From contig CAVUEC010000003.1 in the NCBI GenBank assembly GCA_963740415.1, forward strand, positions 116,588-180,587: 64,000 nucleotides of DNA. Reading direction: 5' to 3'. The stretch's first letter is position 1; every line of letters begins with the position of its first letter. This document shows, piece after piece, positions 22,502 through 33,400 of this stretch. A model generated the notes under the pieces. That model was not told the DNA's origin and made no database searches. It saw only the letters and a list, made by a program, of their open reading frames with translations. Source of the DNA: Candidatus Eiseniibacteriota bacterium (GTDB lineage Bacteria; Eisenbacteria; RBG-16-71-46; SZUA-252). The position numbers were made by a program, and so were the translations under genes.

Positions 22502-23791
22502 ATGGAATCCTCCAGCCAATCCTCGGGCATGGACATGGGGAGTCAAAAGGAGCTGGATCCCCTCGAGAACGCCCGCCTCCAGTTCGAGGAAGCCGCAGCC
22601 CGCTTGAAGCTCGACCCGTCCTTCGTCCAGATCATCAAGGAGCCACGCCGCGCGACCATCGTCAAGCTCCCCGTCCAGATGGACGACGGGAGCTTCCGCG
22701 TGTTCACCGGATACCGCGTCCAGCACTCGATCATCCGGGGGCCCGCCAAGGGAGGCATCCGCTACCACCCGGACGTGAATCTGGAAGAGGTGATGGCGCT
22801 CGCGGCCTGGATGACCTGGAAGTGCGCCGTGGTGGGAATCCCCTTCGGCGGCGGCAAAGGCGGCATCGCGTGCGACCCGTCCAAGATGTCGAAAGCGGAA
22901 CTCGAGCGCCTCACCCGGCGCTACGTGGCCGACCTGATCGACGTGATCGGACCGGAATCAGACGTTCCCGCGCCCGACGTGAACACCAACGAACAGACCA
23001 TGGCCTGGATCATGGACACCTATTCCATGCACGCCCGCCACACGGTCACCTCGGTGGTCACGGGAAAGCCGCTCGCCCTGGGCGGCTCGGCGGGTCGCCG
23101 GGAAGCAACCGGCCGCGGCGTTCTGATCGTGGTGCGCGAGATCGCCAAGAAGATCGGGCTTTCGCTGAAGGGCGCCCGCGTGGTGGTCCAGGGCTTTGGC
23201 AACGTGGGCTCCGTGGCGGCGACTCTCCTCGCGAAGGAGGGCGCGCTCATCACCGGCGTCTCCGACGTTCAGGGCGGGATCACGGACCCCAAGGGTCTCG
23301 ACATCGACGCCCTCCTCGCCCACGTGGCGCAGAAGAAGACGGTGGTCGGCTTCCCCGGCTCCACGCCAATCGACGGGAAGAAGCTCCTCGAGCTGCCCTG
23401 CGACATTCTGATCCCCGCCGCGCTCGAGAATCAGATCACGCACGCCAACGCGGGGCGGATTCAAGCCCGCATCATCGCCGAGGGTGCCAACGGCCCGACG
23501 ACCACGAAGGCCGACAAGATCTTGAACAAAGCCGGAGTGCTGGTGATCCCGGACATCCTGGCCAACAGCGGCGGGGTGACCGTTTCGTACTTCGAGTGGG
23601 TCCAGGACCGGCAAGGGCTCTTCTGGCGCGAATCGGAAGTGAACGAGCGGCTCGAGCACATCATGGTGAACGCGATCCAGGACGTGGCCAAGATGGCGGA
23701 CGAGAACAATGTCTCGCTCCGGGTCGCCGCGTTCATGCTCGCGATCAAGCGCGTGGTCGACTGCATCACGCTGCGCGGGGTCTACGCCTAG
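22502..23791 (+). CDS. gdhA: NAD(P)-specific glutamate dehydrogenase
   Basis: [30 protein letters not shown] and GFGNVG motifs. 429 aa. Confidence 0.9.
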   Translation: MESSSQSSGMDMGSQKELDPLENARLQFEEAAARLKLDPSFVQIIKEPRRATIVKLPVQMDDGSFRVFTGYRVQHSIIRGPAKGGIRYHPDVNLEEVMALAAWMTWKCAVVGIPFGGGKGGIACDPSKMSKAELERLTRRYVADLIDVIGPESDVPAPDVNTNEQTMAWIMDTYSMHARHTVTSVVTGKPLALGGSAGRREATGRGVLIVVREIAKKIGLSLKGARVVVQGFGNVGSVAATLLAKEGALITGVSDVQGGITDPKGLDIDALLAHVAQKKTVVGFPGSTPIDGKKLLELPCDILIPAALENQITHANAGRIQARIIAEGANGPTTTKADKILNKAGVLVIPDILANSGGVTVSYFEWVQDRQGLFWRESEVNERLEHIMVNAIQDVAKMADENNVSLRVAAFMLAIKRVVDCITLRGVYA

Positions 23792-23795
23792 GCCG

Positions 23796-24710
23796 CTAGG
23801 AAACGAGCCCCTGTTCGTAGACAAGCCGCCCCGCTCGGCCGTCCAGGCGCGCGCGCGCGCCTAGAGGCAGCGGGAGGTTCCGGCGGGCGTGGCCGGCCGG
23901 AATGCCGCCGAGGCAAGGAACGCCGAGGGGCCGGAGATGGTCCTCGAGCACCTGCTTAGCCCGGAGCTCGCGGCGCCCGGGACGCGGCTTGCAGTGGAGA
24001 AAATCCCCCAGCGCCACGCCGCGAATGCCCGTGAGCGACCCCGCGAGGATGAGCTGGCGCAGCATGCCGTCGAGCTTGTAGGGCGGCTCGTTCACCTCTT
24101 CCAGGAAGAGAATCGCTCCCCGTAGATTCGGCATCACCTCGGTGCCGACCGCGTAGTCCACCAGCTTGAGATTCCCGCCCAGGACGATTCCGCGGGCCGA
24201 TCCCCTTCCCGAGCCGAGGCGAGACCGGGCCCGGAGCGTGCGCACGCTCTCCGACGGCCGTGGATCGGTCACCCACGCCATCCATCGTTGAAGCGACGCT
24301 CCCATCAGCCCCTGGAGGTTGGGCCCGTGGAGCGTCCGCACGCCGGCCTGCCGGGCGAACCCGAGATGGAGGAACGTCGCGTCCGAGAAACCGGCGAATA
24401 TCTTCGGGTCGCGCTTCATGGCACCCCAATCGACGGCGTCGGCGATCCGCATGGTCCCGTAGCCGCCGCGGGCCATCAGCACGCACCGGATGTCCGGATC
24501 GCGAAGCATTCGGTTCAAATCCGACGCCCGGGCCGCGTCCGTGCCCGCCAGATGTCCGCGCCGGTCGAAGACGTGTTTCGCCAGCACGACCCGGAGTCCT
24601 TCGCGCTCGAGCGCCCGGGCGCCGGCCAGGACGTGGCGCCGATCGACCGGGCCCGAGGGCGCGACCACGCCGATCCGGTCGCCGCGCCGAAGCCTTGGCG
24701 GAGCGATCAA
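23796..24710 (-). CDS. ldcA: LD-carboxypeptidase (muramoyltetrapeptide carboxypeptidase, peptidase S66)
   Basis: GDRIGVVAPSG, GFSDATFLH (Ser nucleophile) and a C-terminal His/Glu region. Convergent with gdhA with only a 4-nt gap. Confidence 0.8.
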   Translation of the reverse strand: MIAPPRLRRGDRIGVVAPSGPVDRRHVLAGARALEREGLRVVLAKHVFDRRGHLAGTDAARASDLNRMLRDPDIRCVLMARGGYGTMRIADAVDWGAMKRDPKIFAGFSDATFLHLGFARQAGVRTLHGPNLQGLMGASLQRWMAWVTDPRPSESVRTLRARSRLGSGRGSARGIVLGGNLKLVDYAVGTEVMPNLRGAILFLEEVNEPPYKLDGMLRQLILAGSLTGIRGVALGDFLHCKPRPGRRELRAKQVLEDHLRPLGVPCLGGIPAGHARRNLPLPLGARARLDGRAGRLVYEQGLVS

Positions 24711-26371
24711 CGCGGAATTCCCGGAGGCGGGGACGTGGGCGTGGCCGGAACCGTGGGCCCGGTGCGCGCGAGAAGCGATACCAGCTTCTCCTCGGCCTCC
24801 CGCGCCGCGGCCACGGAGTTCCGGTTTCCGTTGCTCAAGATGGAGAAGATGCTGCGCTCACCGTTCGCGCGGGTCACGAAGCCGGAGAGCGCGCTCACGT
24901 TGGTCAAGGTCCCGCTCTTCCCCCGGAGCGCCGCCGTCGAGTCGAGCGCCCCGAACCGGTTCTTGAACGTTCCCAGAGCGCCGGGGCGCGCCAGGCCGTC
25001 CCGGAACGCCGCCCCGATCGCGGGATCGCGGTCGAGCGACGTGAGCCAGGACACAATCGCCCGCGGCGTCGCGAGGTCCTGGGGTGAGAGCCCCGATCCG
25101 TCCACCAGCGAGAGATCGAACGTGTCGATCCCCGACTCGCCGACGATCCGCATCAGCTCGACGAGGCCCTGCTCGCGCCGCTTCCCGATCGGCGCGGGGT
25201 CCAGAAGCCGGAGGATGGCTTCGGCCTCGGCGTTCAAGCTCATCGCGTTGACGATTCCCACGACTTCCGCTGCCGGAGGTGAGAGCAGAGAGGTCACGCC
25301 GGTCGCGCGCCGGGAGTCGACCAAGGTCCAGCCCCATGCCGAGGCCGAGGCGGCGCTGTCGGCCGGAGTCGAAGCCGCGAGTCCCTCGATCCGTTCCGCG
25401 TCCACGCCCGTGGCGCTCCCGGGCTTCAGCACGCGCACCGACGCGTCGACCTCGATCCCGGCCCTTCGCATCGCGCCGAGCAGCATCAGCCCCGCCGTCG
25501 AGTCCGGATCGAACACCGCGACCTGGCGCTTCACCATTCCTCCGCGCGGGACCCTTCCGGTCACTTCGACCACCCGCGAGCCCGGGGCCCGGAAGACGTC
25601 GATGTGGCCGGATGATCCGGTGTCGCCGACGGCGGGCCTTCCCCGCGCCACGAGCGAAACCTCAGGCGGATCGAACTGATACGTCACCCCTCTCGACGTG
25701 GACGTCGCGATCAGGGTCACGGCGTTGCCGTTCGCGAGGACCGCGTTGACGGGCGCCCCGTAGGCATACGCGAAATCGTCATGCGCCCAGCCCGGTCCGT
25801 AGGACTCCGGCGCGAACACGGAGCCGTCGATCCAGAGCGTTCCCTGGAAGCGCGCCAAACCGCCCGCGTGGAGCAAGAATGCGAGCGAGTCGAGGAGCCC
25901 GCGCGATCCGGGCGCGATCAGCTGGTAGACGTCGGGCATTCCGCTGGCCCGCAGGACGAGATCTCCTTTGAACCGGACGTCCGTCCCGTCCTTTCGCTGA
26001 GAGGCCTTCCCCTTGGCCAGGAGAAGGGTCGGACGGCGGTAGTCGATCCCGTAGCGCCGGAGAAAGCATCCGGTCGTGAAGAGCTTGACGTTGCTACCGG
26101 GAATGAGCCGGCGCGCGGGCTGGATCGACACCAGGGTGTCGCCCTGGTCGAGCGAGGTGACCAGGGCGGCCACCTCAGCCTGGCCCAGCACACCCGCTCC
26201 GAGGAAGTCGAGGGAATCCGAGAGCGAGCCCGAGAGACAGCCCGGAAAGCAGGCCGAGGCGTTGGCCGAGGCGGCCGGGATCGTAAGGGCCACCCAGGCC
26301 GCCAGAATGAGTTCGGGGCGGATCCGTGAGGATCCACCCCGAATGGGGTCGCCCGATCTACGTCGGATCAA
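24707..26371 (-). CDS. dacB: D-alanyl-D-alanine carboxypeptidase/endopeptidase (PBP4 family, peptidase S13)
   Basis: SxxK (GSNVKLFTTG), SGN-like and KSGT motifs, with signal peptide ILAAWVALTIPAASANA. No ATG is present, so a TTG at 26371 is proposed and the start is uncertain. Confidence 0.7.
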   Translation of the reverse strand: MIRRRSGDPIRGGSSRIRPELILAAWVALTIPAASANASACFPGCLSGSLSDSLDFLGAGVLGQAEVAALVTSLDQGDTLVSIQPARRLIPGSNVKLFTTGCFLRRYGIDYRRPTLLLAKGKASQRKDGTDVRFKGDLVLRASGMPDVYQLIAPGSRGLLDSLAFLLHAGGLARFQGTLWIDGSVFAPESYGPGWAHDDFAYAYGAPVNAVLANGNAVTLIATSTSRGVTYQFDPPEVSLVARGRPAVGDTGSSGHIDVFRAPGSRVVEVTGRVPRGGMVKRQVAVFDPDSTAGLMLLGAMRRAGIEVDASVRVLKPGSATGVDAERIEGLAASTPADSAASASAWGWTLVDSRRATGVTSLLSPPAAEVVGIVNAMSLNAEAEAILRLLDPAPIGKRREQGLVELMRIVGESGIDTFDLSLVDGSGLSPQDLATPRAIVSWLTSLDRDPAIGAAFRDGLARPGALGTFKNRFGALDSTAALRGKSGTLTNVSALSGFVTRANGERSIFSILSNGNRNSVAAAREAEEKLVSLLARTGPTVPATPTSPPPGIPR

Positions 26372-27408
26372 AACGCGACGCTGAGCGAAAGCTGCTGATT
26401 GTCGTTGAAGAACTGGCCCACCGCGGTTCCCGCCCAATCGACGTGGAACGGAGTGTCGCCGAGCTTGAATCCGAAGCCGGCGCCGTAGCTCCAATTGTAC
26501 AGATAGTCCTGCTGGCGGTCTTCTTCGTTGAGCGGGAACTGTCCGGTGAACCCGGCGCGAAGGGCCAGCCACTCACTGAAGTTGAACTCACCTCCAAGTC
26601 GATACTCGTCGGTCGAGAAGTTGTTTCCCTGGAACGTTCCCATGACCGTGAGGTTGCGCTTTTCGCCCATCTTGAAGTCGTAGGTCAGCCCCATCTGAAG
26701 ATACGACGGAAGCTCGAACGAAGCCGCCTGGAGCCGCACGACGTGGGGCTGCGCCGCGGGATCGCCCGGCAGCGCCAGCCGCTGTTCAAAGCTGGGCCCT
26801 CCGTAGCGCATGGTCGGCCCGACGTTCTTCATGCAGAACCCGAACCGCAGGCCCCGCCAGCCGGTGTCGTACTGGACGCCAAGATCGACGGCGAAGCCGC
26901 TCGCCGTCGCGTCGGCCACCTTCTCGTTGATGAAGGAGCCGGTGAGGCCGACCAGCACCCGGTCCGTCATTCTACGACCGTAGGTCAATCCGACCACCGC
27001 GAAATTTGGCGTCAGGATTTGTCCGGTGCCCTCCGGAGCATCCTCCGTGGTCACCGTGATGTCCCCGACGTTCAGAACCTTGACCGTCACTCCAACGTTT
27101 CCCTGGGAACCCAGTCCCGTCGAGAACCCGGCGTAGTTCACGTCCGCGTCCGCGAGGTACGAGCTCCACGATGCCATCGCCTCCGATTGATCGGTCGACG
27201 CGATCGAGGCGGGATTGTAGAAGACGTTGCCGAGCCCGCTGCCCATTGCGACCGAGGACCCGCCCAGCGCGACCGAAGCCGCGCCCACCGGAACGCGGAG
27301 CTCCTGCGCGCCGGCCGTTCCCACCCGATCCAATCCGCCCGCCCAGGCCGTGCCCGCGACCAGAAGCGTCGCGACGGGCAGAACGAGTGTCACCACGAAC
27401 CGCTTCAT
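26368..27408 (-). CDS. Outer-membrane beta-barrel protein (possible PorV/FadL-like; family unverified)
   Basis: Signal peptide MKRFVVTLVLPVATLLVAGTAWA, alternating beta-strand pattern, aromatic-rich, and a C-terminal ...LSLSVAF ending in Phe. Confidence 0.55.
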   Translation of the reverse strand: MKRFVVTLVLPVATLLVAGTAWAGGLDRVGTAGAQELRVPVGAASVALGGSSVAMGSGLGNVFYNPASIASTDQSEAMASWSSYLADADVNYAGFSTGLGSQGNVGVTVKVLNVGDITVTTEDAPEGTGQILTPNFAVVGLTYGRRMTDRVLVGLTGSFINEKVADATASGFAVDLGVQYDTGWRGLRFGFCMKNVGPTMRYGGPSFEQRLALPGDPAAQPHVVRLQAASFELPSYLQMGLTYDFKMGEKRNLTVMGTFQGNNFSTDEYRLGGEFNFSEWLALRAGFTGQFPLNEEDRQQDYLYNWSYGAGFGFKLGDTPFHVDWAGTAVGQFFNDNQQLSLSVAF

Positions 27409-27468
27409 ATGTCCTACCCTCCGTCCGTTGGAAGGAATCATCCTTCGTGGCATTCCGTTCATACCGGC

Positions 27469-30444
27469 CTAGAAGTTATCGAGCCGCTCTTCTTCGACGA
27501 AGACGGCGACCCGATCGGTTTTGTTGCCCACCCCGTCCACGTCCAGCCGCCAGATGTAGACCCCGCTGGCGACCGGGAGATTGCGGTCCGTGTTCAGGTC
27601 CCAGTTGATGGTGGCGACCGACGCCTGGTCGGACGTCGTCGCCTCCCGCGAAATCGTTCTCACCAGGTCGCCGCCCAGGTTGAAGATCCGGATCGTCACC
27701 TTGTGCGACGCCGGAATGTTCGTGAACTTGAGCACCCGGTCGAACTGGGTCAGCTCGTACTGCGAGTGCGCGTAGTAGGGATTCGGCACCGCGAGGCACT
27801 TCTTCAAGTCGTTCCCCACCACCGTTCCGGCCGCCGTCCCGGCGATCACCGTCCGGAACTGATACGCGTCGGCGGACGTGAACCGCTGGCTGATGATCCG
27901 GATTGTGGTCGGCGGCGGGATGTCTCCGACGAAGTTGGTGTCCGCCAGCTCGAAGTCGAACCGGCCCAGGGTCTGATCCGAACCGTCCGGAACGTAGTCG
28001 GTCGATTTGGTGCCCGGGGTCGTCCAGGCGATCGAGGCGTACGGGATCTCCCGGAAGTAGAGCCGGTCGCCCCAGGTCCAAGACCCGCTCAGATCGATAT
28101 CCCGCACCATCGCCGACAGCTTGACGTCGTCGGACGCGTCGGAGAGCGAGTTGAAGCCCAGGTCCCATACCTCGAAGGGTTGCTTGAAGGTCGAGACGAA
28201 CGACACCTCGCCGCTCGCGTAGTTCCAGCAGTAGTCGGTGGTGTCTGGGAGAACGCGGATCTCATAGTCGTGGTTCGTCGCCCCCAGGAACGTGAAGGGC
28301 CCCAGCCCGCCAAAATCCAAGAAGAACCACGTCCCCGTCGAATCCGGGTTCTCCGGCGTTAGATCGGTGATCGTGCTGTCGGCCCGGAGCTCGCCCAGCG
28401 CGGCGACGCCGCGCGGCGCGGTCACGCGCGGCATGAAGCCTTCCACCACCGGGCTGTCAAATCCGCCCCCGATGTTCGACTGATCCGCCAGAAGCGTGTC
28501 GCCGGTGGTGGTGTTCGTCAGCCACCAGTGCTCCAGGTCGTCGAACGTGACGTTGTAGGTATTCCCCGTGATCGCGTTCTGCGTCACCTGCTCCACGTCC
28601 ACGGCTCCATCGATGTTCAAAGGTCCGGCCGAGATCGGTGTGGCCGAGGTGCTGAAGACGGCGCTGCTCGTACCGGGCGACGCGCGGATGGGTGTTCGGG
28701 CGCTCTCCAAGATCTCGGAAATAGTGCCGATGTCGTTTCCGCCAACGGTGTAAGGGTTGACGTTGTTCACGTCGTACGAGTACGCGGTGACGGCGAAGTA
28801 GTAATCCTTGTTGTTGACCAGCTTGCCGCCTTTGATCTTGTCGTCGGTGATGTCGATCTGGAACTGGACCCCACCGTCGTTCCCCGCGGCCTTGAGGACG
28901 CGCTCCACGACCCCGCTGCTAGGCACGAACTCGTCCGAGTAGATGTTCGTGACGCCGTTCGGCTCGTCGTAGGTCGCGAGCACCGTGGGGCTCGCATCCG
29001 AGCTGTTCGAGGACATCTGCCACACCCGGATGCCCTCGAAGTGGAACTCCTGGTTGAGCTGCGTGCTGATCTGGACGTCGCCCACCGGCTCGGAGCCCCA
29101 GATCAGCCGGACGCCCTTGTCCATCGGCTGGACGTACACGGTGGGGGAAGGCGGCGGGGGCGGGATGTCAAAATTGAGATCGAAGACCACCTGCGCCGTC
29201 TGGTCCTTGCTCTTCATGTCGGCGACCGAGGCGACCCGGTCGTTCCCCTGGCCCACGATGATCGCCGTCACCACCTCCTGCGAATCCCCCGGCATCATCG
29301 TGAAGGGGCCCGAGGAGAGGAAGAGGCGGCGGTCGGCCGGGTTCGAGTCGAGCCAGTTCGTCGGGCCGTTGGTCCCGCCCACGTTCAGTCCCGAAACCTG
29401 GAAGCTCGTGATCGGCTGCAGCAGGTCGTCCTGGACGTGAATGGGCGAGCCGTCCGCCTTGAGGCCGCTCATGTAGTTGTAGGTCTCGTTGGCCGAGGCG
29501 GGATCGGTCCCGTTGATGTACTTGTTGAACGAGGTCATGCCCAGGGTGTCGATGACGACGCCCAGGGTGTCCCGAACGATCGGCCCCCGGAAGAAGTCAT
29601 ATCCGACCGCGGGAGGCTTGGAGCCGTACTGCGCGTCCTGGTTGGTCGCGTTGTAGACGAATCCGACGCTGAGCGTGGTGTCGCAACCCACCACGTCGTC
29701 CGTGAAGCCGCCGAGGTCGGGGTCGCTCCAGACCGAGACGTACGTGCTGTCGAGCTGGTTCCCGCCCTTGTTCAGCACCTTCCATTTGACGAAGATGATG
29801 TTCCCGAGGGGCCCGGATCGATTGAACGCGAACACCGTCTGCTGAACTTCGATCCCCAGCGGCGCGGTGCTGCCCGCGTCATTCGTATGCACACCGGGAT
29901 CGGCGTCGTTGAACACGCTCCAGATGGTGGCGTCCCCTAAGAGGAGCGGATTGCCGAGGGAGTCGAGCGGCGCACCCTGGCTCACCGGCCAGTTCAGGTA
30001 ATCGCTGCTGGTCGTGTTCCCCCGGTCGATCCGGTAGTTGCGGAACTCCGGCGCGTCGGGCTGGAAGGTCCCGCCGGCCATCGGCCCGGGGACGAATTCC
30101 TGCGAATACTCGCCGATGGCGGTGCGGACCGAGCCGTTGACCTTGGCACCCACCCAGAGTCCCGAGGCGAACACCGCCGTGTGCGTGCTCCCCTTGGGGT
30201 AGATGAACCCGGCGTTCCCGGTTTCGAGGTCGTAGGCCAGGGACCCATGGTTCGTCACAACCATGTCGAGGTTGTTGACGTCCATGTGGTTGTTGTTGTC
30301 GATGATCGCGGCCGCGCGGCGGACCGGCGACGGCCGTGACTTGACAGCCTTGTGCTTGAATCCCGTCCTCGGCGCGCCCACCGCGTTCGGGGCGGCCAGG
30401 AGCAGCAGCAGGGTCGCCACTCCGACCCATCGCAGCGTTCGCAT
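27469..30444 (-). CDS. Large secreted protein (~990 aa) with T9SS-type C-terminal sorting domain (Por_Secre_tail/FlgD-Ig-like)
   Basis: Signal peptide MRTLRWVGVATLLLLLAAPNAVGA. The C-terminal ~100 aa (AVPNPYYAHSQ...VTIRIFNLGGDLVRTI...WDLNTDRNLPVASGVYIWRL...) matches the C-terminal domains of three other proteins in the window. Confidence 0.6.
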   Translation of the reverse strand: MRTLRWVGVATLLLLLAAPNAVGAPRTGFKHKAVKSRPSPVRRAAAIIDNNNHMDVNNLDMVVTNHGSLAYDLETGNAGFIYPKGSTHTAVFASGLWVGAKVNGSVRTAIGEYSQEFVPGPMAGGTFQPDAPEFRNYRIDRGNTTSSDYLNWPVSQGAPLDSLGNPLLLGDATIWSVFNDADPGVHTNDAGSTAPLGIEVQQTVFAFNRSGPLGNIIFVKWKVLNKGGNQLDSTYVSVWSDPDLGGFTDDVVGCDTTLSVGFVYNATNQDAQYGSKPPAVGYDFFRGPIVRDTLGVVIDTLGMTSFNKYINGTDPASANETYNYMSGLKADGSPIHVQDDLLQPITSFQVSGLNVGGTNGPTNWLDSNPADRRLFLSSGPFTMMPGDSQEVVTAIIVGQGNDRVASVADMKSKDQTAQVVFDLNFDIPPPPPSPTVYVQPMDKGVRLIWGSEPVGDVQISTQLNQEFHFEGIRVWQMSSNSSDASPTVLATYDEPNGVTNIYSDEFVPSSGVVERVLKAAGNDGGVQFQIDITDDKIKGGKLVNNKDYYFAVTAYSYDVNNVNPYTVGGNDIGTISEILESARTPIRASPGTSSAVFSTSATPISAGPLNIDGAVDVEQVTQNAITGNTYNVTFDDLEHWWLTNTTTGDTLLADQSNIGGGFDSPVVEGFMPRVTAPRGVAALGELRADSTITDLTPENPDSTGTWFFLDFGGLGPFTFLGATNHDYEIRVLPDTTDYCWNYASGEVSFVSTFKQPFEVWDLGFNSLSDASDDVKLSAMVRDIDLSGSWTWGDRLYFREIPYASIAWTTPGTKSTDYVPDGSDQTLGRFDFELADTNFVGDIPPPTTIRIISQRFTSADAYQFRTVIAGTAAGTVVGNDLKKCLAVPNPYYAHSQYELTQFDRVLKFTNIPASHKVTIRIFNLGGDLVRTISREATTSDQASVATINWDLNTDRNLPVASGVYIWRLDVDGVGNKTDRVAVFVEEERLDNF

Positions 30445-30477
30445 CCTTAGGCCCTCCTTAGCCCTCGGCATTCGTTC

Positions 30478-33400
30478 CTAGAAGCTCAGCCGGGCGCCGA
30501 AACGCACCTGGCGTGGAATTCCGTGCAGCGTGGGATCGAGCTCGCCCAGCTGGTAACGCCGGAGCGCCCCGTCCTCCCCGTAAGTCCCCGCGTTGGTCGC
30601 CAGGTAGGCCTGACCGTCGGGGGTGTTCAAGAAGTTGGTCGTGGTAGCACTGCCGGTCGACGTGTAGACGGCGTTGATGTTGTCCCGGTCGAGGATGTTG
30701 AGCACCCAGACGTACAGATCCAGGTTCTGCCCTTTCACTCCCACCGTCTTGCCGAGCTTGGCGTCCACCTGGTAGGTCCACGGACCGTACCGGGAGTTCA
30801 GCTGCCCCGTCGGCTCCACGGCGACCGCCGCGAGCGTGACCTCGTTGTAGACCTTGGTCGGCGTGTACGGCGTGCCGCTGGCCAGGTTGAAGAGCACGTT
30901 GAGCCCGGCGTTCTCGAGCATCTTCGAGCCCCACCACGTCGGACCCTGCCCCTTGCCGTACCGGAAGTCGAAGTTCATCGACAGCTTGTGCCGCTGATCG
31001 AACGCCAGCGGCGACGACATCTTCGGAGGCTCCGACGCGGTCCAGGCGATGTTCCGCTGCGACTGGGACACCGAGCCGGTGCCGTTGGCCCACGAGAGGC
31101 TGTAGTTGGCGCTCATCGAGATGTAGCCCGAGCGCCGCATCGTGTAGCCGAGGTCCACGCCCTTGATGGTGGCGAAGTCACGATTCTGATAGGACGAGAA
31201 GCTGTTCGGCGTGGAGGGAATGTTCGTGATCTCGACGAGATCCTTCACGTCCTTGTAGTACGCGACGACCTCGATCTTCGAGCGTTCCGTCGGCGTGTGC
31301 TGGATGCCCAGCTCGTACGCCGTCGTCTGCTCCGGCTTCAGGTTGGGATTGCCGAACCCCACGAAGTAACCGCCCGTCCGGATCTTGTGCTCCAGGAAGG
31401 CGTAGCTCACGTAGAGGTCTTGAAGATTGGGCTGCTGGAAGAACTTCCCGTAGTTGACGTGAACCAGAGTCTGGTCGCTGACCGGGAATCCGACGCCCAG
31501 ACGCGGACTGATCTTGTTGTAGACCTTGGACTCCTCCAGGTCGCCTTCCTGAAGCCGCGAGTCGTTCACGCCGTCCGGATCGAGCGGCCGCGTGTCGCTC
31601 CGCAGCGCCTCGGTCGCGGGCGTCAGGTAGTCCCAGCGAAGGCCCCCGTTGATCACCAGTCCGAGATTTTCGTACTTGCCCTGGACGTAGAGGGACGCGG
31701 CCTTGGGGTGCTTGGGTCCGTCGAGCGGGTCGTCGTAGATCCCGTTCCCGTTGCTGTCCGTGAACGGTTCCCCCGCGTCGTAGCTTCCGTTGCCGTTCAG
31801 ATCTTGAAACGAGTCGCCGCCGTCCAGCTTGTTGCCGAGGGCGTCGTACCCGTAATGGTCGACGTCCCGCGTGTTCGAGACGTAGTCGGCGTCCCACTGG
31901 CCGTTTCCGTTAGCGTCCGTGAACGGCTCGCCCGCCGTGTAGGCGTGGTTTCCGTCGTCGTCGCTGAACTCCTCGCCATAGAGCTGGGTCGGGAAGTAAT
32001 GGTCGTAGTAGCGAAGCGTGTGGCGCTGGTAGTCGCCGCCCGCCTTGAGCTGGAGCGACTTCGAGAGCTGCGTCGCGTAGTCGGCCGCAAAGCCGACGTA
32101 GTTCGAGCTTCTCTTCAAGAAGTCGTCGAAGACGTGGGCCGTCTGGGGGTCCTGATCCCCGTACCAGAAGATGGCTTCGTTCTGGTCGAAGAGCGGGTTT
32201 CCGTTGGGCCTCGAGTACCCGAGCAGATTGTCGAAGTAGACGCCGTCCCCGCGCGTGCGCTCCGTGGTGAATACGTTCGCCTTGAGCTCGTAGTAGGAGC
32301 GGTCGTTCAGGCTGTGGTTCCAGTTCCCGTAGACCGACCAGTTCTTGTCCTGATAGCGCGGAGCGTGATTCAAGTCGAACCGGTAGGCGTTGACGTATTG
32401 CTGCCAGTTGTCCGTGTTGTACGTGCCTCCCAGCTTGAACGTCTTGAGGGGCGACGGCTTCCAGGAGATCTTTCCGATTCCGGACCACGAATCCGAGCTG
32501 TTGGACGGCAGAATCCCGTTTTCGTAGAGCCCGGGCTGGGACGGGTCGGCAATGTCCTGGGTGATGGTGCTGGCCTGGCGGTCCCGGTTGTACTGGCGCT
32601 CGCCGGAGAGGTAAAAGGTGATGTTCTTCATGTTCGGGGTCAGGGGCCCGCCCACGGAGAGCGCGTAGATGTTGTTGTCCAGGGCCGGGGCGTTGTTCCA
32701 GTCGCCCGAAAGGTTGTCGGTGACGCCCTCGATCGAACCGAAGTAGCGGTCCGCTCCTTCGCGGGTTACCACGTTGATCACGCCCGAGTTGATGCGGCCG
32801 TATTCGGCGTTGAACCCGCCCGCCTGAACGACCACCTCGTCCACCGCGTCGTTGTTGATCGCGGTCGTCGAGACGCCGGTCAGCGGATCCTGCTGCGAGA
32901 AGCCGTCGACGTAGTACGCCACCTCGTTGGGCCGCCCGCCGCGGATGATCAGCGTGTTGTTGTTCTGCGCTTCGTTATCGATGTTCAGCTTGAAGTTGAC
33001 CACGCCCGACTGCTGGGCGACGGCGTCCTGATAGCCGCGGAGGGGTTGATTCTTGATCTCCTCGCCCGCCAGGAACTTCGTGGTGGTGGTCACATCCTTC
33101 TGGATGAGAGGCCGTTCCGCGGTGATCTCCACCGGCGCGACGTCGGTCAGGACCGTCGGCTGCATGGAGAACTCAAGCTTGCTGTTGAAGTCGGGGAAGA
33201 CCTCGATCCCTTCCCTCACCTGGGGCACGTACCCCAGCAGCGCCACGCGGACGGTGTACTTCCCAGGGGGAAGGTTGAGAATGAAGTAATTCCCCTTGTC
33301 GTCGGTCGTGGCCCCCCGCTTCAGCTCCGGAATCGTGACCGACGCGAGCCCGATCGGCTCGCTGGTCGCGGCGTCGTGGATCGTGCCGCTGATTCCGCCG

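Noticed and set aside
26368-27408. Calling the 346-aa beta-barrel a bona fide PorV
   Set aside because: Only generic beta-barrel features (signal peptide, terminal Phe, strand periodicity) could be seen. No family-specific motif is recognisable without a profile search, so it is kept as 'possible'.
26326-28362. 678-aa plus-strand ORF
   Set aside because: Antisense to the beta-barrel and large tagged protein genes. Compositionally biased, with no signal or domain.
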